DNA of 64,000 nt from Kofleriaceae bacterium (GCA_965215005.1 CBDCCZ010000054.1:1-64000); one strand, 5' to 3'. Positions 52,913-63,686 are shown, counted from the stretch's first letter. Notes: generated by a model from the letters alone, not told the origin. A program made the numbers and translations.

Positions 52913-54646
52913 CTAGAAGGAAACCGCGGCGTCGAGCTCGAGGCGGTTGCTGCGGCGGATGAGCTTGGCGTCGAGCGAGGCGAGCGAGGCGAGCAGCTTA
53001 TACAAAAATGCGTGGTCGCCGTGGGCACCGAGCTGCTCAGCGAGCATCTCCAGGTCGACGTGCAGGCTGGCCAACGCGTTCACTGGACGCGGTCGCCGGC
53101 CGAGCCATCGGCGCAAAGCGCCCACGCCAGTGGCAGCGCCCACAGAGTGGCGTTGCGGGAGCTGAAAAGCGAGTACCGGCGTTGTGCCCCAGAGTCGCGT
53201 CTCTCGCCCGTCGAGTCGCTCGATGCGGCTGGCGCCAAACAGCTGCGCGAAGAGACGCTGGAGGTCGGCAGCGGCCGCGTCCGCCAGCGACAGCTCGCCC
53301 GCAGCAATCAGGGCGGAGGCGGTGGACGCGAGCTGCCAGACCGCAAAGCTGGCGGGTCCCAGGCCATCAACTAACCGAGCGCTGGTGTTGTTGATGCTTG
53401 CGATGTCGTCGAGCATCTTGCCGGCGAGCTCGAGCCAGCCAAAGCCGTAGGTGAGCACCGCGGCCGTCGCTCCGCAGGCCGCGATGGCGCGCCTCAGGCC
53501 GCGGATGGGCGGGCCGAGGATCGCTGGGCGCTGGAGTGAGCGCAGCGCACCGGGCCGCTGTAGATGCACGGCTCCGGTCACCGCCGCTGCTGCGCGGCCT
53601 CGCTGCCGCTGGACCCGCTTCCGCGTCTTATCACTCGAAGCGTGCTTGGCCAGCGGCTCGCGACTCACGCCGTGGGCGGTGAGCTGCGGCGTGCGATGAT
53701 GGGCCGTCGCCAAGACCCGCGCAATCGCCTCATCGCGAAGCCCCCACGACAGCCGCAGCGCGAGGCCCTTTGGCTGCGGGCTGATCACCAGCGCGGCGTT
53801 CTCGAGCGCTATCGTCTCGCTCCAGCGCGCGAACCCTTTGCAGCGCGGCGGCAGCGCGCGGCGCATTCCGTAAGCCAGAAAATTGGCCTGTTCGACAGCG
53901 CTGCCATCGCGCCACACCGCCTCCGCCGCGCTCCAGAGGAAGATGGCAGGCCCTTCGGGAAGGGCCGCTGTGGCACGCGTGAGGGTATCGTTCTTCGCGA
54001 CCCGATCGAGCGCTTGCCAAAGCGCGCTGCGGTGCCTCCAGGTCCACGCGCCGCCCGCGAGGTGGGCGAGGGCGTCCACCCGCAGCGCCGCCGCGTCGCG
54101 GCGCACCACCACCAGCTGTTGGCGCCACACCGCGACGAATACGACGCCGCGGCGCCGCAACCCGGAGAGGATTTGAACGCCGGCGCCGCTCGGCGCTGCC
54201 ATCAACGTCTGCAGAGCCGTCTCGGCGCCGGCGTCGATGAAGACCGCTTCGGGTAGCGAGCGTCCGAGGGCTCGCAGCGTGGTCAGGATCCGGCCGGCGT
54301 CGCTGATCGGCAACTGCGCGCGGCTGTGCCAAAGCGGCAAGGCGCGGCCGGCCCGTGGCACCGCTCGAGCGAGCGATATCCAAACCGGCTGGTCAGCTGA
54401 AAATCCAGCCTCGGTCCAGCCTGCTGTGGTGGTGAGGTCGCTGCCGGCGAGGCCGCGGCTGGTGAGGGCTATGAGGACCGAGAGCGCCTCGAGCGCTTGG
54501 CTTCGGCTGCGCAGTAGGCTCCATACTTGGAGCAGCGTGCTCGGCTCCAGTCGGGCCACTAGCAGCGCATCGCCATCGACCGCGGGCTCGGAGCCTTGCG
54601 CCGCGGCGTTGGCGCTGCTCAGGAGCACCGCCGACAGCAGGATCAT
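52913..54646 (-). CDS. Hypothetical exported protein (start uncertain)
   Basis: Long ORF co-oriented with neighbours; signal-like MILLSAVLLSSANAAA. Confidence 0.55.
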   Translation of the reverse strand: MILLSAVLLSSANAAAQGSEPAVDGDALLVARLEPSTLLQVWSLLRSRSQALEALSVLIALTSRGLAGSDLTTTAGWTEAGFSADQPVWISLARAVPRAGRALPLWHSRAQLPISDAGRILTTLRALGRSLPEAVFIDAGAETALQTLMAAPSGAGVQILSGLRRRGVVFVAVWRQQLVVVRRDAAALRVDALAHLAGGAWTWRHRSALWQALDRVAKNDTLTRATAALPEGPAIFLWSAAEAVWRDGSAVEQANFLAYGMRRALPPRCKGFARWSETIALENAALVISPQPKGLALRLSWGLRDEAIARVLATAHHRTPQLTAHGVSREPLAKHASSDKTRKRVQRQRGRAAAAVTGAVHLQRPGALRSLQRPAILGPPIRGLRRAIAACGATAAVLTYGFGWLELAGKMLDDIASINNTSARLVDGLGPASFAVWQLASTASALIAAGELSLADAAAADLQRLFAQLFGASRIERLDGRETRLWGTTPVLAFQLPQRHSVGAATGVGALRRWLGRRPRPVNALASLHVDLEMLAEQLGAHGDHAFLYKLLASLASLDAKLIRRSNRLELDAAVSF

Positions 54647-54779
54647 GGCGACGGTCGTGCGGCATCGCTGGTGGCCTACGAGCCCTCGTTGCTGGCGCGC
54701 AACCCGCCGCTCGCGTGGGCTCGGCGTCGGTAGCGCGAGCCGGCAATCAAACCAACGCTCGCGTCGCGGCCCCGGTGGC

Positions 54780-57700
54780 TTAGCGAGCTTGCAGCACGCG
54801 CATGCGCTTGCGGACATCCTCGAGTTTGCTCGCATCGGTGCCCGTGGCGAGGTACTCGCGCCACGCGCTGATTGCCGCGCCGCGCTGACCGAGGGAATAC
54901 TGCAGGTGTCCGAGGTCGTAGAGGGCATCGGCGCGCCAGGGATGGGAGTGTTTGGCGCGTCGAGTTGCTTCGCTCAGAGCGCGAGCGGCACGCGCTGCGT
55001 CATCGACGGCCACGTGCGACATTCCGAGGTGGTAGTACACCTCGGCGAGATCATTGCCGCTTCCGCGAGTGGCGCGCTCGAAGTGCTCAACGGCGCGGGC
55101 GTGCTGCTCGCGGGCCGCGTACGCGCGGCCGAGATCAAACTGAATCTGGCTGCTCGTTGGCGCTAGCGCTGCAGCTTGCGAGAGCACTTCGATGGCGCGG
55201 TCATTCTCGTTGCGCAAGAGGTGGATTCGCCCGCGTCCGAGAAGCGGGCTGAGGTAGTTGGGAGCCGCTTCGCTGGCCGCAGCATAGGCCTTGAGCGCCT
55301 GTTCCCATTGCTTGAGGGCCTCGCTCGCGCGCCCTAACCCGTCGAGGTACTGCGGGTTGGGGTCGAGCTCAGTCGCGGCGCGATATTCTCGTTCGGCGGC
55401 TTCGTAGTCGCCGCTGGCCTGCAGCCCTTCGCCGCGCAAGAAGTGGCCGGCGGGATCGCTAGGCTGCTCATCGAGGATGCTCTGGCCGAGCTCTTGCGCG
55501 CGCACAGTTTCGCCGATGCGCGCAAAGAATCGCCCGGCTCGCGCTCGCGCGTTGATCGATGGATTCTTGCTCGCGAGTAGGCTGTCGTACTGCGCTCGTG
55601 CCTCGGCGTCGCGCTTGCGCTCTTCGAAGATCAGCGCGAGCTGCAGACCGATGTCCTCGCGCGGCAGCTCGCTTTTCCACGCGCGCTCTAAGGTTTGGAT
55701 GGCTGCGTCCACGCGACCTTGCGCATAGAGAGCCATGCCGAGCTGCAGCTGCGCCTCGGTGTCGCTCGGCCGCTGCGCCAACGCATTCTCGAACCACTTC
55801 TGCGCTAGCGCCGGTTTGCCGGCACCGAGGTAGGAAACCCCGAGGGTCACCGCCAGCGCGGGGTTGCCATCGGCTCTGAGCTCGAGCGGCGCGAGAAGCT
55901 CGGCGGCTTCTTTGCTGCGGCCGCTGCCGACCAAAACATTGGCTAGTGCAACGGTGGGCTGAACGTTACTGGGAGGAGCCAATGAGCGCGCTTGCTCATA
56001 CGCGGTGATTGCGGTCTCGAGCTCGCCGCGCTCCGCGAGCACGGCCCCTCGCACCATGTGCGCTCGCGCCAGGTCTGCTGGATTGGCAATCGGTGGGGTG
56101 CGCGCCAGTAGCGCCTCCGCCCGCGCCGAGGCGTCATCGAAGTCGCGCTCTTCAATCGCGGTCTCGGCGCGGGTTAGGTTGGCGTCGAGGTGCTCGGAAT
56201 CGAGCTTGAGGACTTGGTCGAGCAGCTCGCGGGCGTAGACCGGGCGATTGTCGCGCAGCGCTGCGTGAGCTCGGCCGACGCGCGCCTCGATGTTGGATGG
56301 ATCGAGCTCCATCGCCTTCTCAAACCGGGTCTTGGCAACTTCGACGCGACCGGCGCGCAACGCTTCGTCGGCCGCCAAGGTCCATGCTCGGGCCACGGCT
56401 GGCGGATTGGCGTTTCCGATGTCCTTGCGCTGCAAGATCGCCATGTAGGCATTCTCACGGGCACCTAGGGGCCCGGGCTCGGCGGCTTGGGCAGCGCCAA
56501 TGAGCGCACCGAGGTGGTCGTCATCGACGGCGAGAATGGCGTGAAACAACTGCCGGGCCTCATCGGCCTCGCCGAGAGCGAGCTTGGCGGTTGCTAGCCC
56601 GTACATCGCGGGAAGCTTGCGCGCGGGCACGGCCTCCATGGCGCGCGCAAACGCCTCGGCGGCGGCAGCATCATCGTGCGCGGCCGCCAGCGCCCAGCCG
56701 CGATACAGCGCCGTGTCGCCATCCTTCTCGAGCTTGGCGAGTCGCGCGGCGGCGTCGGCCGGATTGCGCTGCGCGATCATCTGCAGCGCCAGCGCCTTCT
56801 CGATGTCGGCACCATGCGCGTTGGTCGCGTTGATGGTGCGCATGATGGCTTCGGCCTTGGGCCCGAGCTCGCTGGCGCTGCCGCCATCGAGGGTGGCGGC
56901 GTAATAGGCCTGCGCCGCCAAACCGAGCGCTTCGGAGTTGCCGGGCTCGAGCTCGAGTGCGGCTTCAGCGGCAGCGGCGGCGCGTTGCCAATGGGCGCTG
57001 CTGCCCGACCGTAGCTGCTCCCGCGCGGTGCGCAGGTGGAGCTGCAGCGCTTCGGCGCGCTCGGCTCGAGCTTGCCAGCGTTGCAAGAGGTAGACGCCAC
57101 CCGCACCGGCAAGCACCAGCAGGAGTGCGGCGCCGGCGATGATTTGGCGCGCGCGGGTACGCGGCGGCCGCGCGACGTTGGCGGATTCCGCAGCGACCGC
57201 GGCAACGCGTGAGCTCACCGCCGCACGCGGCTTGACCTCATCGGCGAGGTCGAGGTCGCCCATGGATTGCTGGTTTCGCGCTACGGCAACCGGCGCTCGA
57301 TCGGCACGTGCAGCTGGATGTTGACCGGTCGCGGCTTTGTGGAAGCTGACCACGCCGCCCGTCGTGGCCTTGGCCGGCTGCGGTGGTAGCTCGAGCTCGG
57401 CAAAGCCAGGGTCGTCGGCGGATGCCGCGGATCGCGACGTGGGCGGCCCAAAGTCGAGCGGCTCGCCGAGATCGAACGCGTCATCGCCGGCGGTCGCACC
57501 GAGCTCGAACGGCTGCGGGCCGCCGCTGCGGGTATCCATGGCGACATCAAAGGAACCCGATGGCCCCCCCATGGTCGGTGGAGCGAGCTCGAAGTCATCG
57601 AGGTCGAGGCTTCGGGACCGGTCTCGGCTGCTGGACTCGGAAGTGTCGAGTGCGCTCGACTCGCGCGCGCTATTCGCAGCAGGCTGAGTTTCTGGCCCGG

Positions 57701-59147
57701 GAGAGCTGCCGGCGAAGAATCCGCCCACTGCGGGCTCTGCAGCGCCCGCAGCGTTGGCCAAGAAACCCACGTCCTCGAGCTGAAAAGAGCCACTTGGCTC
57801 GCCTGCTTGAGCTGCAGCGAGATCGTCGAAGAAGCCCGGTGGCGATGGAAGCTCGAGCCCCTCGTCCGGTTGCGAAGCCCGCTTCGGCGCCGGAAGTCGC
57901 GGATCTTGATTGGAGAAGGGCGCCTTGGGTGTCGGTAGGTCGATGGAACCGGCGGAGTGCGGTGAATCGACGGGCGCGTTCTTAGGAGTGGGGAGATTGG
58001 CGAAAGGGTCGGAAGGGCCTTTAGGAGTGGGGAGATTGGCGAAAGGGTCGGAAGGGCCTTTGGGAGTGGGGAGATTGGCGAAAGGGTCGGAAGGGCCTTT
58101 AGGAGTGGGGAGATTGGCGAAAGGGTCGGAAGGGCCTTTAGGAGTGGGGAGATTGGCGAAAGGGTCGGAAGGGCCCTTGGGAGTGGGGAGATTGGCGAAA
58201 GGGTCGGAGGGGCCCTTAGGGGCGGGCAAGTCGTCGAGGTCGGCGAAGAAGTCGCTACCGTGTTTGGGCGCTGGCAAGTCAGCAAAGAAGTCGCTGCCCT
58301 GCGAATTCTCGGGGGCGAGCAAGTCCGATGGCTCGCGTGCGGCTGTAGGCCAGTCGCCGTTGGTCGAAGGACGCGTCGGGGCCAGCATGTCGTCGTCGCC
58401 CGCCTGAAAGCTCGGATCCAAGAGGGCATCCCCGCGAGCATGGGATGCCTCGCTACCACGTCCGCTCGATGCAGTTTGCGTCGCCGAGGCGCGCTGCCGC
58501 GACGCCGAGCCACGCTTGGGAGCGGGAAGGTCGGCGAGGTCGTCGAGGTCGAGCGGCGCTTTGGTAGCGCCAAATTGTGTCTTGGGAGCCGGGAGATCGG
58601 CGAGGTCATCGAGGTCGAGCGCGGCGCGAGTGGAGCCGGACGGAGACTTGGGAGCGGGAAGGTCGGCGAAGTCGTCGAGGTCGAGCGGCGCTTTGGTAGC
58701 GCCAAGCTGTGCCTTGGGAGCGGGAAGATCGGCGAGGTCATTGAGGTCGAGCGGAGCGCGCGCGGCGCCTAATGAATTCTTGGGAGCTGGCAAGTCGGCG
58801 AAGGGATCGCCGGCGAGATCGATGACATCGCCGGTGTCACCGCCGCGGCTGGGCGCTTCGACGAGGCCAGATTCCCAGCCCATGGCCGGCGCAGATGGCA
58901 TCGGATTGGCTGCAACGCCATTGCTCATCACGCCACGCGAGCTGCCATGGGGCAAGGTCTGCCGACTCGCCGGGGCTGCGCGCTGTGGCGGTTGCGAGCC
59001 TCGCGCGGCAAAACCGGAGGCGTCCGCGTCGTTGCCTCCGCGAACAGAAATCGACGCGCCGCACCTCGAGCACTCGATGACTCCCCCGCGTTGGTCATCG
59101 CTCAGCTCGTGGACGGCGCCGCACTTACCGCAGGTCGCCTTGACCAT
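54780..59147 (-). CDS. Large Zn-ribbon / Pro-Asp repeat linker / TM / multi-TPR protein
   Basis: CGKC..CSRC, LP[AT]PK repeats, TM IIAGAALLLVLAGAGGVYLL, ~750 aa of TPRs. Confidence 0.85.
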   Translation of the reverse strand: MVKATCGKCGAVHELSDDQRGGVIECSRCGASISVRGGNDADASGFAARGSQPPQRAAPASRQTLPHGSSRGVMSNGVAANPMPSAPAMGWESGLVEAPSRGGDTGDVIDLAGDPFADLPAPKNSLGAARAPLDLNDLADLPAPKAQLGATKAPLDLDDFADLPAPKSPSGSTRAALDLDDLADLPAPKTQFGATKAPLDLDDLADLPAPKRGSASRQRASATQTASSGRGSEASHARGDALLDPSFQAGDDDMLAPTRPSTNGDWPTAAREPSDLLAPENSQGSDFFADLPAPKHGSDFFADLDDLPAPKGPSDPFANLPTPKGPSDPFANLPTPKGPSDPFANLPTPKGPSDPFANLPTPKGPSDPFANLPTPKGPSDPFANLPTPKNAPVDSPHSAGSIDLPTPKAPFSNQDPRLPAPKRASQPDEGLELPSPPGFFDDLAAAQAGEPSGSFQLEDVGFLANAAGAAEPAVGGFFAGSSPGPETQPAANSARESSALDTSESSSRDRSRSLDLDDFELAPPTMGGPSGSFDVAMDTRSGGPQPFELGATAGDDAFDLGEPLDFGPPTSRSAASADDPGFAELELPPQPAKATTGGVVSFHKAATGQHPAARADRAPVAVARNQQSMGDLDLADEVKPRAAVSSRVAAVAAESANVARPPRTRARQIIAGAALLLVLAGAGGVYLLQRWQARAERAEALQLHLRTAREQLRSGSSAHWQRAAAAAEAALELEPGNSEALGLAAQAYYAATLDGGSASELGPKAEAIMRTINATNAHGADIEKALALQMIAQRNPADAAARLAKLEKDGDTALYRGWALAAAHDDAAAAEAFARAMEAVPARKLPAMYGLATAKLALGEADEARQLFHAILAVDDDHLGALIGAAQAAEPGPLGARENAYMAILQRKDIGNANPPAVARAWTLAADEALRAGRVEVAKTRFEKAMELDPSNIEARVGRAHAALRDNRPVYARELLDQVLKLDSEHLDANLTRAETAIEERDFDDASARAEALLARTPPIANPADLARAHMVRGAVLAERGELETAITAYEQARSLAPPSNVQPTVALANVLVGSGRSKEAAELLAPLELRADGNPALAVTLGVSYLGAGKPALAQKWFENALAQRPSDTEAQLQLGMALYAQGRVDAAIQTLERAWKSELPREDIGLQLALIFEERKRDAEARAQYDSLLASKNPSINARARAGRFFARIGETVRAQELGQSILDEQPSDPAGHFLRGEGLQASGDYEAAEREYRAATELDPNPQYLDGLGRASEALKQWEQALKAYAAASEAAPNYLSPLLGRGRIHLLRNENDRAIEVLSQAAALAPTSSQIQFDLGRAYAAREQHARAVEHFERATRGSGNDLAEVYYHLGMSHVAVDDAARAARALSEATRRAKHSHPWRADALYDLGHLQYSLGQRGAAISAWREYLATGTDASKLEDVRKRMRVLQAR
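57982..58215. repeat. 39-bp tandem repeat x6 (KGPSDPFANLPTP)
   Basis: Unit TTRGGAGTGGGGAGATTGGCGAAAGGGTCGGARGGGCCY. Confidence 0.95.
58515..58801. repeat. 66-bp degenerate tandem repeat, ~4.3 copies (..LDLDDLADLPAPK)
   Basis: CTTGGGAGC at 58515, 58581, 58647, 58713, 58779. Confidence 0.9.
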
Positions 59148-59367
59148 CGAACCGAGCATATCACGCAGCAAGTGCCGCAGAGCGCCCGCTTCGAGCCAGT
59201 CTTGCCCTGCGACAGGGACTGCCGCCGTGGTCTGCGGTGCGACATGTTGTGAGCACGAGCCACTCGCATCGCACGAGGTGGTCGCAAAAGATGCAAGCCG
59301 CAGAGCTCGCCAAACCACGGGAGCAACGCGCCGTGGCGGGTGACCGGCAATCGACGATCTGAAGCGA

Positions 59368-59982
59368 CTAAAACGGGTCGGCCGGAAGCTCTGCGGTGCT
59401 CTCACGCGAAGGACCGCGTGTGGGTGCCGCACCGGCGCGTCGCATCGCTTTCACGACCTGCCGGTGGATTCGCCGATCAATCTCGGGGAGTACCACCAAG
59501 AGAGTCGCGGCGCGCTCGGGACTCAGCACCTTACGCACCGCTGCAAAGCGCTCCTCTTCGAGCTTCCACAGCCGCGCACGCATCGCCACGGCTCGATCGA
59601 TGAGCGCATTGAGCTCGGCGGTCCGTCCCGCTTCCAACGAGAGGCGCATCTGTCGATGAATGGCAGCATTCTCTTGCACCAGCGCTTCGAAGCGCTCGTC
59701 GTAGCGGCCGAGCACCGGGAACAGCTTGGCGGCCCCGGCTTCATCGAGATCGAGCGCCTCAGTGAGCTTCCACGCCCGCATGGCGCGAATCCGCTCGCGG
59801 ACTTTCTCGCGCTTGCGCTCGCTCGCCTCAGGACGCTTGCGATGGTTTGTTTTGTCGCGTTTTGACGCTGGCTCCACGGTCGCGCCCGACGGGTCGGCGT
59901 GTGCCGCCGACATTTCCGCAGCGGAAGCGACGGTGAGCGCGATAGCCATCGCGGCCAAACGGAGCAGTTTCGGTAGTCGCAT
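59368..59982 (-). CDS. Periplasmic helical protein, Spy/CpxP-like
   Basis: Signal peptide, LTEALDLD, VRKVLSPER motif; SD GAGGAG. Confidence 0.7.
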   Translation of the reverse strand: MRLPKLLRLAAMAIALTVASAAEMSAAHADPSGATVEPASKRDKTNHRKRPEASERKREKVRERIRAMRAWKLTEALDLDEAGAAKLFPVLGRYDERFEALVQENAAIHRQMRLSLEAGRTAELNALIDRAVAMRARLWKLEEERFAAVRKVLSPERAATLLVVLPEIDRRIHRQVVKAMRRAGAAPTRGPSRESTAELPADPF

Positions 59983-59993
59983 CGGGATTCTCC

Positions 59994-60749
59994 TCAAGCA
60001 CCGAGCTCGACGAGCAGAGCGTCGAGCTCGGAATCGCTGAGCTCGTCGAGCACCGCCACGTAATCGGGCTCAGGCAGTAGCGCCACGCTGGCGTCGCTGG
60101 CGTACGGCATTTCATCGTCTTGGGGCCACGCTTCTTCGAGCGGCTGACTCTCCTCTAGAAGCGCGCTTGCCCAAGCCTCGCCGTCGTCATCGGGAGCCAT
60201 CTCATCACCGAGCGCGGCGAGCACAGCATCAAGCTCGGCAGCGCGCAGCCCTTCGACGGTAATCGCCTCGAGCGGCATCGGCTCGAGCGTTGGCCCAGCG
60301 GTCGGCGAGGTTGCAACGGAATCGGGGGCCAGACCCCGGCGCCCTGTTGCCTCGGGCCACGCGGCCCAAAGCAACGCCGCCCCGGCGCCCGCTCCGAGTA
60401 GCGCGATGGGGACCAGCCGGCGCAGCCAATCGCCGCCACCGAGCTCACCGTCACCCGGTGCTCGCGCGCTGGCCAATGGAGTGGTGGAGAGCAGTCGGCG
60501 CAGCCAACCACGGCGCGCATCTTGGGCATCGCACGCGCGGGCAATGCCCTCAGCGATGCGCCCCCACGGCGGCTCCTCGAGCGGTCGCGGCTGGCTTGCG
60601 CGCACTGCATTGATCACCGCACGCATTGCTTCGACCTCGGCGTTTGCCTCGGGATGGGCCGCGAGATAGGCGCGAACCTCGCCATCCTCGGCGCCGTCCG
60701 CAAACGCTGCCAAACGCTCAGCCGGTGGCGCATCATCTCGTTGCGTCAC
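59994..60749 (-). CDS. Putative transmembrane anti-sigma factor
   Basis: GTGA-coupled to the ECF gene; degenerate ZAS-like N-terminus, one TM, acidic C-terminus. Confidence 0.7.
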   Translation of the reverse strand: MTQRDDAPPAERLAAFADGAEDGEVRAYLAAHPEANAEVEAMRAVINAVRASQPRPLEEPPWGRIAEGIARACDAQDARRGWLRRLLSTTPLASARAPGDGELGGGDWLRRLVPIALLGAGAGAALLWAAWPEATGRRGLAPDSVATSPTAGPTLEPMPLEAITVEGLRAAELDAVLAALGDEMAPDDDGEAWASALLEESQPLEEAWPQDDEMPYASDASVALLPEPDYVAVLDELSDSELDALLVELGA

Positions 60750-61363
60750 GAAGATACCTCCGAGGTGCCTGCGAGCCGCAGCTTGAGCTTCTTGACCGCG
60801 TGGTGAAAATTGACCTTGGCGGCGTTCTCGCTGCAGTCGCACAGCTCGGCTACCTCGCGAAAACTCAGCTCATCATAGATGCGCAGCTCGAGCACCATGC
60901 GCTGCTTGGGCGGCAGCTCGTCGATGGCTTGGCGGAGGCGAGCGGCATCTTCGTCGGCGATGACGCGCGAGGCACCAACGGCGGTGGTAATCAGCGCATC
61001 CTCGGCCAATTCCGTCGGCTGCTCGCGCTTGTGGTCGCGCAAGTGGTTGAGCGCGAGGTTGATCGCAATGCGAAACAGCCAAGTTCGAAACGCGGCGTCG
61101 CCGCGGAACCGGGCCACGGAGCGATAGGCGCGCACGAAGGCGCGCTGGGTGACGTCGGCGGCATCTGCGTCGTTCTTGACGTACCGCAGCGCCAAGTAGA
61201 ACACCTGCTTCTGATAGCGTCGCACGAGCTCATCGAAGGCGGTCCGCTCGCCCGCCTGGCAGGCGCGAACCAGCGCGGCGTCGTCGGTGCTGGCATCTCG
61301 GGCGGGAGGGTCGGCGCGCTTCATCGTGAGGGCTGCCAATCGCGCGGTGAAGGAGGTGCTCAC
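60746..61363 (-). CDS. ECF-type RNA polymerase sigma factor
   Basis: AFDELVRRY, FRTWLFRIAIN, LSFREVAE. Confidence 0.92.
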   Translation of the reverse strand: MSTSFTARLAALTMKRADPPARDASTDDAALVRACQAGERTAFDELVRRYQKQVFYLALRYVKNDADAADVTQRAFVRAYRSVARFRGDAAFRTWLFRIAINLALNHLRDHKREQPTELAEDALITTAVGASRVIADEDAARLRQAIDELPPKQRMVLELRIYDELSFREVAELCDCSENAAKVNFHHAVKKLKLRLAGTSEVSS

Positions 61364-61454
61364 CGCCCTTCGACCCCGCGCTTGCGAGCCAGGTTAAGCG
61401 CAGGTACCCTGCGCGGCCAACTGCGCCGAATCGTTGGCGCGACCGGGGTGCACG

Positions 61455-62714
61455 ATGCTCGATATAAATCGCATGAATGAGGTAGACCGCCGCGGCGGCG
61501 ATGTAGGTGCCCTGGTCGCAGAGCTCACGGCGGCGTCATCGGAGCGCAAACAGCTCCAGAGCACGCTGGATGAGCTGCGTGCCCAGCGCAACGCGGCCAA
61601 CCAGAAGATGGCCAAAGCCAACAAGCAGTCGGCAGAGTTTGCGGCGGCGCGCGATGAGCTGCGCGAGCTATCGCACCGCATCAAATCCGGCGAGACCGAG
61701 CTGGCGGTGCTCGAGGCGCGAGTTCGGCAGCTATGGATGGTCATCCCCAACGCGCCGCACGCCTCGGTGCCGCCGGGGGCGGGTGCGGAGGACAACGTCG
61801 TTCTGCACGTGTGGGGCGAGAAGCCGCAGTATGACTTCGCGCCAAAGGCCCACTGGGATCTCGGCGAGGCACTGGGGATCCTCGACTTCGAAGCCGCCGG
61901 CAAGATCAGCGGCGCGCGGTTTTGCGTGCTGCGCGGCCATGGAGCCAGGCTCACCCGCGCGCTCCTATCCTTCATGCTCGACCTGCACGGCCGAGCCGGA
62001 TACGAGGAAGTTTGGCCGCCGGCGATGGTGCGTCGGCACGCCATGGAAGGCACCGGGCAGCTGCCCAAGTTCGAGAGCGATGCGTTCAAGACCCAGGGCG
62101 AGCAAGAGTATTTCCTCTCGCCCACCGCCGAGGTTCAGGTGACCAACCTGCATCGCGAGTCGATCCTCGAGCCGGGGACGCTGCCGCTCCGCTACTGTGC
62201 GTATTCCCCGTGTTTTCGAGCGGAGGCTGGCTCGTACGGCAAAGACACCCGCGGGCTGATTAGGCAACATCAGTTCGACAAGGTCGAGCTCGTCGAGCTG
62301 GTCGAGCCGGAGCGAAGCTATGAGGCTCTGGAAGCGCTGCGGGCGCAGGCGGAAACCGTGTTGCAGGAGCTGGGGCTGCACTATCGCGTGATGACGTTGA
62401 GCACGGGCGACCTCAGCTTTGCCGCCGCCAAGACCTACGACTTAGAGGTGTGGTTGCCGGGCCAGGATGCGTTCCGGGAGATTTCCTCCATCTCCAACTT
62501 CGAAGCCTTTCAAGCGCGGCGCGCGCAGATTCGCTACCGCGCCGACGCCGGTGGTAAGCCGCGGCTGGTCCACACCCTCAACGGATCTGGGGTGGCCATC
62601 GGTCGGGCCATTGTCGCGATTCTGGAGCAGTATCAGCATGCCGACGGCAGCGTAACGGTGCCGGCGGCGCTGCGATTTTATATGGGCGGAGTCGAGCGAA
62701 TCGCGGCAAGGTGA
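61455..62714 (+). CDS. serS: Seryl-tRNA synthetase
   Basis: [45 protein letters not shown]. Confidence 0.98.
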   Translation: MLDINRMNEVDRRGGDVGALVAELTAASSERKQLQSTLDELRAQRNAANQKMAKANKQSAEFAAARDELRELSHRIKSGETELAVLEARVRQLWMVIPNAPHASVPPGAGAEDNVVLHVWGEKPQYDFAPKAHWDLGEALGILDFEAAGKISGARFCVLRGHGARLTRALLSFMLDLHGRAGYEEVWPPAMVRRHAMEGTGQLPKFESDAFKTQGEQEYFLSPTAEVQVTNLHRESILEPGTLPLRYCAYSPCFRAEAGSYGKDTRGLIRQHQFDKVELVELVEPERSYEALEALRAQAETVLQELGLHYRVMTLSTGDLSFAAAKTYDLEVWLPGQDAFREISSISNFEAFQARRAQIRYRADAGGKPRLVHTLNGSGVAIGRAIVAILEQYQHADGSVTVPAALRFYMGGVERIAAR

Positions 62715-62787
62715 GCGGGGACCGCAGGAAGGCAGCAAGGCTTCCGGTGAACGAATCGGGGTCATGACGTTTTTGGCCGCACGAGTC

Positions 62788-62815
62788 TTTACAAGCAAGG
62801 CAGCACCCCTATACT
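62788..62815 (+). promoter_or_regulatory. Sigma70-type promoter of the tRNA operon
   Basis: TTTACA-N16-TATACT followed by a GC-rich discriminator. Confidence 0.7.
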
Positions 62816-62835
62816 TGCGCCTCTCCGGGGCTCCC

Positions 62836-62920
<85 letters not shown>

Positions 62921-62982
62921 CACTGTCACTTTGAAAATTGAATAGCTGCAAGAACGATTGGTGTCATGAAGCCGGCGAGTTT

Positions 62983-63075
<93 letters not shown>

Positions 63076-63136
63076 CTCAACTGTATGGAATCGTTAGAGT
63101 CGCAGCGGCATTGTTCGTTGCGGCTCATTCATCGCG

Positions 63137-63214
<78 letters not shown>

Positions 63215-63224
63215 CAGGGCCCGC

Positions 63225-63686
63225 ATGGCAGAAACGGAAGCTGACCATCATTACATGGGCGTCGCGCTCGAAGCGGCGCGCACGGCGTACTACGCGGGCG
63301 ATGTCCCGGTGGGCGCAGTGGTGGTACTCGACGAGCGCATTGTTGGTTGGGGTTATAACCGCCGGCAAGTGCTCGGGGATCCCACTGCTCACGCGGAGGT
63401 CGAGGCGTTGCGAAGCGCCAGCCGTGCCGTTGGCAACTGGCGCATCGAAGGCACCCTGTACGTCACCCAAGAACCGTGTCCTATGTGTGCTGGCGCGCTG
63501 GTGAACGCGCGGATCGCGCGGCTGGTCTACGGCTGCGCGAATCCAAAGGCGGGCGCGGTTGAGACGCTTTACCAAATTGTCAGTGACCCGCGGCTCAATC
63601 ACCGGATGCCTGTCACCGGTGGTGTGCGAGGCGAAGAATGCGCCACCTTGATGCGAAGGTTTTTTGCCAAGCTGCGGCGGCGATGA
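63225..63686 (+). CDS. tadA: tRNA adenosine(34) deaminase
   Basis: VPVGAV, DPTAHAE, EPCPMCAGA, FF..LR. Confidence 0.96.
   Translation: MAETEADHHYMGVALEAARTAYYAGDVPVGAVVVLDERIVGWGYNRRQVLGDPTAHAEVEALRSASRAVGNWRIEGTLYVTQEPCPMCAGALVNARIARLVYGCANPKAGAVETLYQIVSDPRLNHRMPVTGGVRGEECATLMRRFFAKLRRR

Noticed and set aside
57982..58215. CRISPR array or mobile repeat
   Set aside because: In-frame coding tandem repeat without spacers
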